From contig JBDLIQ010000003.1 in NCBI GenBank assembly GCA_039714775.1, forward strand, positions 13,226-77,225: a DNA stretch of 64,000 nt, read 5' to 3'. A program made the translations under genes and the position numbers. Under the pieces are notes generated by a model that had not been told where the DNA came from, ran no database searches, and saw only the letters and a list, made by a program, of their open reading frames with translations. This DNA comes from Bacteroidota bacterium (GTDB lineage Bacteria > Bacteroidota > Bacteroidia > Bacteroidales > GCA-2748055). Below are positions 35,550 to 43,957 of this stretch, in pieces. How positions within the stretch are numbered: position 1 is the first letter of the stretch; every line of letters starts with the position of its first letter.

Positions 35550-38363
35550 ATGATGAAACGTTATTATATTCTTACAGCCATTTCCCTGATTATTTCAGTG
35601 AATTTAAGTGCACAATTTGAAGATTTGTCACAGCCCATTCCGTTTGACCCTGAAGTCAGGACGGGTGTACTTGAGAATGGGTTGACCTATTATATTCGTC
35701 ATAATGAGCAGCCCAGGGAGCGGGCAAGTTTCTATATCATTCAGAATGTGGGAGCCATCCTGGAAGAGGAGGATCAGAACGGACTGGCGCACTTTCTGGA
35801 GCACATGGCCTTTAATGGTACGCAGCATTTCCCCGGGAAGAGTATGCTGAATACACTTGAACACCATGGAATAAAATTCGGGCGTGATATCAATGCATAT
35901 ACCTCCACTGATGAGACAGTTTATAACATCAGCAATGTGCCGGTTACTGACAATTTGCTGGATACCTGCCTGTTGATACTGAACGACTGGTCGAACTACC
36001 TGTTGCTTACAGAAGAGGAGATTGATGCAGAACGGGGTGTTATATCCGAGGAGTGGAGAACCCGCCGAGATGCTGGTTTCAGGATCCGTGCACAAATCGC
36101 ACCGCTCCTGTATAACCATTCCAAGTATGCAAAACGCGATGTTATAGGAGATTTAAATGTAATTCAGAACTTCGACCCTGAAACGCTGAGGGCATTTTAC
36201 CACGACTGGTACCGCACCGACCTGCAGGCTATTGCAATAGTCGGGGATGTGGATGTTGATGAAGTTGAGAAGAAAATAGAAGCACTCTTTTCAAAGATCC
36301 CCCCGGTTGAGCATCCGAAAGAGAGGTTATATGTCGAGATTGAAGATAACCCAGCTCCAAACTTCGTTTTAGCCACAGATAAAGAGTTGCAAAAATCAAA
36401 CATTAGCCTGCTCATCCGGCATAAAAAAGAGGAAAAACCGAATCTTGCAAAGTTAAGGGATAAGTATATCCGGTCGGCCTTTAACCAGTTGATGAGTGCG
36501 AGAATAGCCGAACTGGTGCAAAATGGTGATGCACCCTTCCTGAATGGTACTGTTCAGGTGAGTGGATTTAAGCATGGATATGATCTCTTTAACATCAGTG
36601 CCACTGCCAATGAGGGAGAAGAAGCTGAAGCACTCCTGGGTGTTCTGGTGGAGCTGGAAAGAGTCTTGCGACATGGCTTTACCAATTCCGAGCTGGAGCG
36701 TGTGAAGACCAATATGCAGGTGGGTGCTGAGATGAAATACAAAAAAAGGGGGCAGATCAGCAATGACGCATTTTGTAAGTCGCTGAAGTCTGTTTACCTG
36801 GATCAGGAAGTACTTTTAGGCAGTGAGTTTGTATATGAATTTTCACAATATGCCATTCCCTCGCTTACACTTGAGGAGGTATCCTCCCAGGCTGGCAAGT
36901 GGTACGCCGAGATGAACCAGACCATTATTATTACAGGGCCGGAGAAGGAGGGCATACACATAGACAGGCAAAAAGTATCTGCCCTTTTTGATGAAGTGAA
37001 GAATCTGGAGATTGATCCATATAAGGATGAGTTTACCGGTACCGACCTTCTCAACGGAACCATATCAGCCGGGGGGGAAGTTGTAGAAGAAAGGAGACTG
37101 GAGGAATTTGATGCCGTTGAATGGAAACTATCCAATGGAGCGACCGTAATACATCGGTTTGCCGATTTTGAGAAAGAGAGTATTGCCCTGTACGCTTTCA
37201 GTTACGGAGGCTCCTCCCTGTACGAAGATGTAGATGTCCCTTCGGTATCAGTTGTGGGCAGCTTCGTGGGTTCCTATGGTATTGGCGAGTACGATATGAC
37301 CTCTTATCGTAAGGTAATGACAGGCTCTACCGCCAGATGCAATTTTGGAATCGGCTCATATACCGAAACCCTCAACGGAACTTCCTCTCCGAAAGATTTC
37401 GAAGAGATGTTGCAGCTTGCATACATGCGATTCGAGATGCCACGCTTCGATATGGATGTATTCGAGAATCTGATGGAGAGAAATTATGAGTCGGTAAAGA
37501 ACAGATCTGTCAATCCATCCACGATCATGCGTGATACACTGAACCATATTCTCACCGATGGCCACCCCCGTGTGAGGAGATTCGATAGTATATTCCTGAG
37601 TGATGTTGATTTTCATCGCATTGAAGAGATCTATCGTGATCGCATCACCGATGCAAGCGATTTCACCTTCATAATCGTGGGAGATATCCCGGAAGAGACT
37701 GCAAAACCCCTGGTGGCAAAGTACATTGGCGGAATAAAAGATATAGACCGGCAGGAGAGCTGGAAGGATCGCCAGGTGAACTTTCCGGAAGGAAGACAAA
37801 AAAGAGAGATTGCCATTCCTATGACCGAGGCAAAATCTACTGTGGTGATTAAAATGCAAATGGATGCTCCTTATACCCGCGAGAATATCATTCACCAGTC
37901 GATCCTGGCCTCTATCCTCCGTTTGCGGTATACCGAGGAGATCCGTGAAAAGGAGGGTGGAACTTATGGGGTCAGTGTGAAAGCCGGCTCATCGAGGTTA
38001 CCCAAAGGAAAATTGAGCCTCTCCATTCAGTTTGATTGTGATCCTGACAAAGCCGAATACTTAACCAGCCTGGTGTACAAGGAGCTTGAACATATTAAGA
38101 CCCATGTTAACGATGATGACCTTAATAAGGTGGTGAGGAATTTGAGAAAGAACAGCGAACAGTCCAAGCCCCATAATAGCTACTGGATGAACGCTTTAAA
38201 CGCCTATTATATGACCGGAATGAATGCATTGGAACCAGCTTATTTTGACGACATTGTAAACAATGTTACAGTTCAGGATATTCAGGATGCGGCGAAATGG
38301 TTCCTGGAGCATTCAGATGAGGTCCAGGTGATCTTTTATCCTGAAAAGGCAAATAATTCCTGA
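35550..38363 (+). CDS. M16 family zinc peptidase, double-domain (second copy)
   Basis: ATG at 35550 gives MMKRYYILTAISLIISVNLSAQ. It has HFLEHMAFNGT (HxxEH) and the downstream glutamate region ERGVISEEWR. Confidence 0.85.
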   Translation: MMKRYYILTAISLIISVNLSAQFEDLSQPIPFDPEVRTGVLENGLTYYIRHNEQPRERASFYIIQNVGAILEEEDQNGLAHFLEHMAFNGTQHFPGKSMLNTLEHHGIKFGRDINAYTSTDETVYNISNVPVTDNLLDTCLLILNDWSNYLLLTEEEIDAERGVISEEWRTRRDAGFRIRAQIAPLLYNHSKYAKRDVIGDLNVIQNFDPETLRAFYHDWYRTDLQAIAIVGDVDVDEVEKKIEALFSKIPPVEHPKERLYVEIEDNPAPNFVLATDKELQKSNISLLIRHKKEEKPNLAKLRDKYIRSAFNQLMSARIAELVQNGDAPFLNGTVQVSGFKHGYDLFNISATANEGEEAEALLGVLVELERVLRHGFTNSELERVKTNMQVGAEMKYKKRGQISNDAFCKSLKSVYLDQEVLLGSEFVYEFSQYAIPSLTLEEVSSQAGKWYAEMNQTIIITGPEKEGIHIDRQKVSALFDEVKNLEIDPYKDEFTGTDLLNGTISAGGEVVEERRLEEFDAVEWKLSNGATVIHRFADFEKESIALYAFSYGGSSLYEDVDVPSVSVVGSFVGSYGIGEYDMTSYRKVMTGSTARCNFGIGSYTETLNGTSSPKDFEEMLQLAYMRFEMPRFDMDVFENLMERNYESVKNRSVNPSTIMRDTLNHILTDGHPRVRRFDSIFLSDVDFHRIEEIYRDRITDASDFTFIIVGDIPEETAKPLVAKYIGGIKDIDRQESWKDRQVNFPEGRQKREIAIPMTEAKSTVVIKMQMDAPYTRENIIHQSILASILRLRYTEEIREKEGGTYGVSVKAGSSRLPKGKLSLSIQFDCDPDKAEYLTSLVYKELEHIKTHVNDDDLNKVVRNLRKNSEQSKPHNSYWMNALNAYYMTGMNALEPAYFDDIVNNVTVQDIQDAAKWFLEHSDEVQVIFYPEKANNS

Positions 38364-38470
38364 AGTCCGGATAATAAGTGTCATACCCTTGTCACCTGCT
38401 TACTATGTTTTTTGCGTCATACTAAATAGATAGTTGTATTATTTGAACAACCTTTAATTAACTAAAAGCT

Positions 38471-41140
38471 ATGAGAAAAATTTACTTATTCCTGGTATTG
38501 CTCATTGCCGTGAGTACAGCGTCATACGGGCAATATGCCAACATGGTAATTAATGCAGCTGATTCCACGAATGGAAGCTTCATTAGTAACCTGACAAACC
38601 TGAATGGCACTTTGCTTTACAAGGCAAACGGTAAGTCTTACGGATACTGGAGCCTACGTTTTGGAAACTATGCATGGAATACAAGATGGGAGAACGAGGT
38701 CTGGATGTCTGACGGGACTGAAGCTGGAACAAGCATGATTGAGATCAACACCGCTACAGAAGAGAAACAGGATGCACTTGATTCCACCTATACAGTATAC
38801 AAAGGGGCTTCAATGAACGCTGCCTTTGTTTTTAATGATGCGTTGTATTTCAGTGCATATGATGCTACAGCAGCAGGGGGTGGTGAGTATAAAATGGATG
38901 CCAGCGGAAATTATACAAAGATTGCCGATTGGGATATGTCTTATAATCCTATCGTAGGAGATGATGGTAAGGTCTATTATTGCACTGCAGATTACAGAAA
39001 CGGGGAAGGCCGGGCCATTATTGCATGGGATGGAGTTAATGCCCCCGATACCTTGCCATATCAAAAGGAAAACTATACAACAAATGGTATTTTTTATAAG
39101 TTTGGCGATAAGTTTCTTGTTACGGCAAATCTCTTAAGCGACGATCCAGATGTTGGAACAGAGTTGGTATTATATGATCCGACCGATCCGGCAGGACCGC
39201 AAGTGTTAATGAATATTGATACACAGCCGAACAAACACGGAGTGCCAAAATCATATACTCAGGTTGGGAATAAAGTGTTTTTCAGAGCGCAGCACTACAG
39301 GCAGTATCCTGATAAGACAAAGTATTTAATCTATGAGACAGATGGTACACCTGGAGGAACACAGGAAATAACCGCCATTTCAACACTGGTGGACAGCCTC
39401 TATCTTGAGATTCTTGGTGCATGGAAAGACAAACTCTATTTTGCTGCCACCAATACTGGTGCAACGGATTTTAGTGCAAAGTACCATGCACAGATGTACC
39501 AGTATGATCCTGCTGCCGGAACAGTGGTTCAGGTATCAGACATTCTAAAGCATTACCCGATGGCTTTTGATACAGCCAAGTCTGTTCTTGACGGCTGGTT
39601 GTATTATCCCGGGAGCATGGTTCTTCCCAGCACGGATTGGAATTACAGGTACCTGTTCCGCACGGATGGATCTACTGTTGAAATAGTAGACACGGTTGCA
39701 ATGAATATCGGCGATATTGTTGTGAAGGATGGGAAAGTCTACTTCGAGGGAGAATTGCCAGGTGTTTCATTGTTAAGTGATGGGACATTGGATTACAGTG
39801 GTTATGAGTTGATGGTGTACGATCCCAACTCATTGATCTCAAATAATGCATTTCTCACGGAGTTGACAATAGCCGATACTGTTGCCACTGTTTTTCATAA
39901 ATACAATACGAAATATACCATCTATCTACCCAAGGAGACCGTGGCTTCACCTCAGGTTGGTGGTGTGGCAGAAGATGCTGTCAAAGCAAGCGTAGTGGTT
40001 ACACAGGCCTCATCCTTCCCGGGTACAGCCACTATTGTAGTTACTGCTGAGGACGGAACCAGTTCCAATACGTACACTGTTGAGTTTGCAAAGGCTCCTT
40101 CAATAATTTCCAGCTTATCAGAAATATTGATTGATGATGTGGCTCTTGAAGGGTTTGATACGGACACTCTGGAATATACCTTTGGATTACCCTATGGACA
40201 TCCAACTAATACCATTCCGAATGTAACCTGTACCCCGACCGATGCGGATGCCACCTTTGTGATTACGGATCCGACTGAATTGCCGGATACAACGGTTATT
40301 GTAGTTACTGCAGAAGATGGGATCTCACAAACAATCTATGAGGTTATTTTCGAGATCAATCCACCTTCAACTGATTCTACATTATCGGGTATTACCATAG
40401 ATGGTATGGCACTTGAAGGATTTGATGCGGCGACACTGGCATATACGGTTCATTTGCCTTATGGGCATTCTGCCAATACCATTCCAGTGGTTGTCGGTAC
40501 ACTATCGGATGCAAATGCCACAATGACTGTGACCGATCCTGCTTCAATTCCAGGTACAACTTCGGTTGTCGTTCTTGCGGAAGACGGTATAGCGGAAACA
40601 ACTTATACCATTGATTTCCAGATCATGGATCCTTCGGACGTATGCACGTTGTCAGCAATAACCATTGATGGTGAGGCGCTTGCAGGCTTTGATCCGGACC
40701 TGTTGTTCTACGATGTGAAATTACCATCCGGGCATGCATCTGATGTCATTCCGGTTGTTGTGGCTACCCAGGTTGACCCCAATTCAACAGTGAATATCAC
40801 GAATCCCGAATCAATACCGGGATCAGCCGTTATTCTGGTTACTGCAGAGGATGGTGTATCCTATACTAACTACACGATCGATTATTCAATCGCTATAGGT
40901 ATTGATCATTCGGCACAAGCTTCACCAAAGGTCTATCCAACAATGTCTGATAACCATTTCAATGTTGAGTTGGGCCAAAACGGAGGAGCTGTGAAGGTGT
41001 ATAACATGTTTGGTCAAATGGTTCTGGATAAGGAGCTTAATACATCTAATGCCCGGATTCATTTAGAGCACTCAGGCATGTATATCATGGTCATTTCAAA
41101 TGGTGTTGAGGAAGCTGTTTACAGGATAGTGAAGAGGTAA
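38471..41140 (+). CDS. T9SS-secreted surface protein with ELWxxDGT-type repeats, four cadherin-like domains and a Por C-terminal sorting domain
   Basis: Signal peptide. Motifs EVWMSDGTEAGT, LIYETDGTPGGT and YLFRTDGSTVEIV. Four domains of about 90 aa follow. The C-terminus KVYPTMSDNHFNVEL...VKVYNMFGQMV...GMYIMVISNG...YRIVKR is typical of a T9SS CTD. Confidence 0.8.
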   Translation: MRKIYLFLVLLIAVSTASYGQYANMVINAADSTNGSFISNLTNLNGTLLYKANGKSYGYWSLRFGNYAWNTRWENEVWMSDGTEAGTSMIEINTATEEKQDALDSTYTVYKGASMNAAFVFNDALYFSAYDATAAGGGEYKMDASGNYTKIADWDMSYNPIVGDDGKVYYCTADYRNGEGRAIIAWDGVNAPDTLPYQKENYTTNGIFYKFGDKFLVTANLLSDDPDVGTELVLYDPTDPAGPQVLMNIDTQPNKHGVPKSYTQVGNKVFFRAQHYRQYPDKTKYLIYETDGTPGGTQEITAISTLVDSLYLEILGAWKDKLYFAATNTGATDFSAKYHAQMYQYDPAAGTVVQVSDILKHYPMAFDTAKSVLDGWLYYPGSMVLPSTDWNYRYLFRTDGSTVEIVDTVAMNIGDIVVKDGKVYFEGELPGVSLLSDGTLDYSGYELMVYDPNSLISNNAFLTELTIADTVATVFHKYNTKYTIYLPKETVASPQVGGVAEDAVKASVVVTQASSFPGTATIVVTAEDGTSSNTYTVEFAKAPSIISSLSEILIDDVALEGFDTDTLEYTFGLPYGHPTNTIPNVTCTPTDADATFVITDPTELPDTTVIVVTAEDGISQTIYEVIFEINPPSTDSTLSGITIDGMALEGFDAATLAYTVHLPYGHSANTIPVVVGTLSDANATMTVTDPASIPGTTSVVVLAEDGIAETTYTIDFQIMDPSDVCTLSAITIDGEALAGFDPDLLFYDVKLPSGHASDVIPVVVATQVDPNSTVNITNPESIPGSAVILVTAEDGVSYTNYTIDYSIAIGIDHSAQASPKVYPTMSDNHFNVELGQNGGAVKVYNMFGQMVLDKELNTSNARIHLEHSGMYIMVISNGVEEAVYRIVKR
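39842..40900 (+). repeat. four tandem ~270-nt coding repeats (cadherin-like beta-sandwich domains)
   Basis: The protein repeats share L(S/T).I.IDG.AL.GFD...L.Y.V.LP.GH....IP.V......DANAT..(I/V)T.P.(S/E)(I/L)PG...(V/I)(V/L)V.AEDG.....Y.(I/V).F. Copies 2 to 4 are clearly related and copy 1 is divergent. Confidence 0.75.
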
Positions 41141-41167
41141 TAATTAGCAAATACTCATTTTTAAAGG

Positions 41168-41205
41168 GATCATCTGGCATTTGTCAGGTGATCTTTTTAT
41201 TTTTG
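41168..41205 (+). terminator. rho-independent terminator after the T9SS cargo gene
   Basis: GATCATCTG-GCATTTGT-CAGGTGATC forms a 9-bp stem (one G-U pair) and is followed by TTTTTATTTTT. Confidence 0.65.
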
Positions 41206-41249
41206 GGAATCATGTTCTCAGAAAGTACTTATCTGTTTTTTATAAAAAA

Positions 41250-42095
41250 ATGAAAAAATATATATTCCTGATCACGCTTAGCAGCTTCGTAATAGGTGGA
41301 ATGGCTCAGGAGACATTTCAATCACATTGTGAGTTGGGGCAGATGGAGGTGGATCGCCAGAATTACCATGGGGCCTTAAAACACTACGATAAGGCCTTAG
41401 AAGCAGGAAGCGATGATACGCTGTCAGTGATCTGGGCAGCAATGGTCTCAAGCATGTGTGCTATCCATGTGGGAGATGAGTTGCTGGCGATGAAATACAA
41501 TAACATTGCGATAGATTACGGATCTGAAGATCTATTCATGATTGATCAGCAATTGCAACTGGCCAAACAGCATCAGGACCCTGAAACCACGGAACGGGTC
41601 TTGTTGGCTGTAAAGAGCATAGAGGGTGCAGAAGAGAAGTACACCACCATGCTGCTTCGCTTCTATTATAGCAGCAAGCAATATACGGAGACCATTGAAC
41701 TGGCAGAAGAGATACTAAGCCATGATCCTGATCATATCAGTTCTATGTACTATAAAGGAATGGGATTGCTGAGGACAGGCAAGGAGGATGAGGCACTGCA
41801 GGCATTTTTTGATATCCTGAAGAGGGAGCCCGATCACGAAAAAGTGAATATGCAGGTGGGATTCATCTATTACTACAGGGCTGGAGCCCTGTATAAAAAG
41901 GTGAATGATAATTATTCAGAAATAGAGAAACCAACAAAGCAGGATTATGCCAGGTACCGTGAGGGACTTCAAAAATCAATCAAGGATTACGACACTTCTA
42001 TTCCTTACCTTGAGAAATATCATGGGAAAAGCTATCAGGAGGATGTGACTGACGCGCTGGCCAAAGCAAAAAGACGCAGTGAATATTTGAAGTAG
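41250..42095 (+). CDS. TPR-repeat protein with signal peptide
   Basis: The ATG at 41250 (MKKYIFLITLSSFVIGGMAQ) lies downstream of the terminator. TPR-like helical repeats are visible (YHGALKHYDKALEAG, EDEALQAFFDILKREPDHEK). Confidence 0.7.
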   Translation: MKKYIFLITLSSFVIGGMAQETFQSHCELGQMEVDRQNYHGALKHYDKALEAGSDDTLSVIWAAMVSSMCAIHVGDELLAMKYNNIAIDYGSEDLFMIDQQLQLAKQHQDPETTERVLLAVKSIEGAEEKYTTMLLRFYYSSKQYTETIELAEEILSHDPDHISSMYYKGMGLLRTGKEDEALQAFFDILKREPDHEKVNMQVGFIYYYRAGALYKKVNDNYSEIEKPTKQDYARYREGLQKSIKDYDTSIPYLEKYHGKSYQEDVTDALAKAKRRSEYLK

Positions 42096-42124
42096 AGGGT
42101 AATATAGATTGATCTCGTAAAAAT

Positions 42125-43957
42125 ATGGAAAATGGAACCAGGATCAGACTGGCACACAGGATTACCCTTGTATCGGGGATCTTTTGTGGCGTAGTGGCAC
42201 TTCTTCTTCTGCTCAATTTCTGGCAGATGAAGCAGCATGAACCCCTTGAAAGCAAAACCATCGAGGTGCTGGTTGAGCGGCTCTCACAGGAGCCCAACAA
42301 CGAGGAGCTCAAGGAGGAGATACGCAGCTTTGACCTGCTGGCCCGCAAAGCCTATTTCACCAGTCAGTGGCAGGTGAAGACAGGAACCTGGCTTCTGCTT
42401 ATCGGAGGTGTGGTGCTGGCCGTCTCCCTGAAAATCTATACCGACCTCAGGGCACGGATCAGTCTGCCGGAGGAGACCACCGAGGAGTTATTGAGGGCAC
42501 GGGCCAATGCACAGTACTGGATCCTTCTGACCGGGGGACTTGTCCTTGGATTTGCGTTGGTGGCAGCCTGGCTGAGTAACGATTTATTAAAAGAGTATCG
42601 GGAGATGGGAGCTTCAGAGAGCGCCGTAACAGCGGATCCGGAGGTGGAGGTGATCGAGGTGTTTGCTTCTGAAGAGAAAGCAACAACCGGGGAGCCGGAG
42701 GCAGGGGAATCTGACACCTCCACCGCATCTGACAGCACCACCTCCTCTTCTGTCACCACCACCACTTCCGCCCCCGCTGCCCCTGCCACCATCCCGTTCA
42801 ACCGGGAGGATCATATGAAAAACCAGAGCTCCTTCAGGGGCTATATGGGGCTGGGTATCTCCTACCATAAAAACATTCCCGAGCAGTGGAACGGTGCTTC
42901 CGGGGAGAACATCAAGTGGAAAGTGGCCCTCTCCAAACCAGGGTACAACTCCCCGGTTATCTGGGGTGACAGACTGTTTCTTTCGGGCGGGGACCAGGCT
43001 GCCAGGATCGTGGCATGCTATAACCGCCATACGGGTCAGCTGATCTGGGAGCAGGAGGTGAAAGGGATCTCCGGATCGCCTGCATCGCCGCCAAAGGTGA
43101 CCGACGATACAGGACTGGCTGCACCCACCATGGCTGTGGACGGGAAGCGGGTCTATGCCATCTTTGGCACAGGTAATGTGGTTGCATTCAGCCTGGATGG
43201 AAAAATGGTCTGGGGACGGAACCTGGGTGTTCCGAAAAACCACTACGGACACTCGTCATCGCTTATTGTCTGGGGAAACCTGCTGGTGGTGCAGTACGAC
43301 ACCAACACAAAGGGGAGGATGCTGGCCCTCAATACAGCCACAGGGGAGAGCGTCTGGGATGTGGATCGTCCGGTGAAAATCTCATGGGCCTCTCCGGCAC
43401 TCATCGAGGTGAAGGGTAAGATCCAGGTGGTCACATCGGCCGATCCCTATGTTTCGGGTCACGACCTTGAGACCGGGGCCGAATTGTGGAAGGTGGAGGC
43501 GATGATGGGAGAGGTGGCGCCATCGATTGGTTATGAAGAGGGGCTGGTCTTTGCCACAAACGAGTATGCCCGCCTGGTGGCTGTGAAGCCTGAACCGGAT
43601 GCAGAATTCAAATGGGAGCAGGATGAATACCTGGCCGAGGTGGCAAGTCCCGTGGCCCATAACGGACTGCTCTATGTAGCCACAAGTTATGGCGTGCTGG
43701 TCTGTTATGACACAAAGAGTGGGGAGAAACAGTGGGAAAAGGAGTTTAATGAAGGGTTCTATTCATCGCCCATGATTGCCGACGGGAAGCTCTATATCAT
43801 CGATATGGGCGGGATGATGCATATCCTGAAGACAGATAAAGCGGGGACCGTTATCGCGGAGCCTGAACTGGGGGAGGCGGGATTTGCCCTGCCAGTGTTT
43901 GCCGACGGGGTGGTCTATATCCGGGGAGAGAAGAATTTGTATTGTATAGGGAAGTAG
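42125..43957 (+). CDS. polytopic-anchored PQQ-like beta-propeller, paralog 5
   Basis: Three predicted TM helices (ITLVSGIFCGVVALLLLL, WLLLIGGVVLAVSL, ILLTGGLVLGFALVAAWL). An acidic and Ser/Thr-rich linker follows (ESDTSTASDSTTSSSVTTTTSAPAAPA), then FRGYMGLG and propeller blades ending DGVVYIRGEKNLYCIG. Confidence 0.8.
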   Translation: MENGTRIRLAHRITLVSGIFCGVVALLLLLNFWQMKQHEPLESKTIEVLVERLSQEPNNEELKEEIRSFDLLARKAYFTSQWQVKTGTWLLLIGGVVLAVSLKIYTDLRARISLPEETTEELLRARANAQYWILLTGGLVLGFALVAAWLSNDLLKEYREMGASESAVTADPEVEVIEVFASEEKATTGEPEAGESDTSTASDSTTSSSVTTTTSAPAAPATIPFNREDHMKNQSSFRGYMGLGISYHKNIPEQWNGASGENIKWKVALSKPGYNSPVIWGDRLFLSGGDQAARIVACYNRHTGQLIWEQEVKGISGSPASPPKVTDDTGLAAPTMAVDGKRVYAIFGTGNVVAFSLDGKMVWGRNLGVPKNHYGHSSSLIVWGNLLVVQYDTNTKGRMLALNTATGESVWDVDRPVKISWASPALIEVKGKIQVVTSADPYVSGHDLETGAELWKVEAMMGEVAPSIGYEEGLVFATNEYARLVAVKPEPDAEFKWEQDEYLAEVASPVAHNGLLYVATSYGVLVCYDTKSGEKQWEKEFNEGFYSSPMIADGKLYIIDMGGMMHILKTDKAGTVIAEPELGEAGFALPVFADGVVYIRGEKNLYCIGK

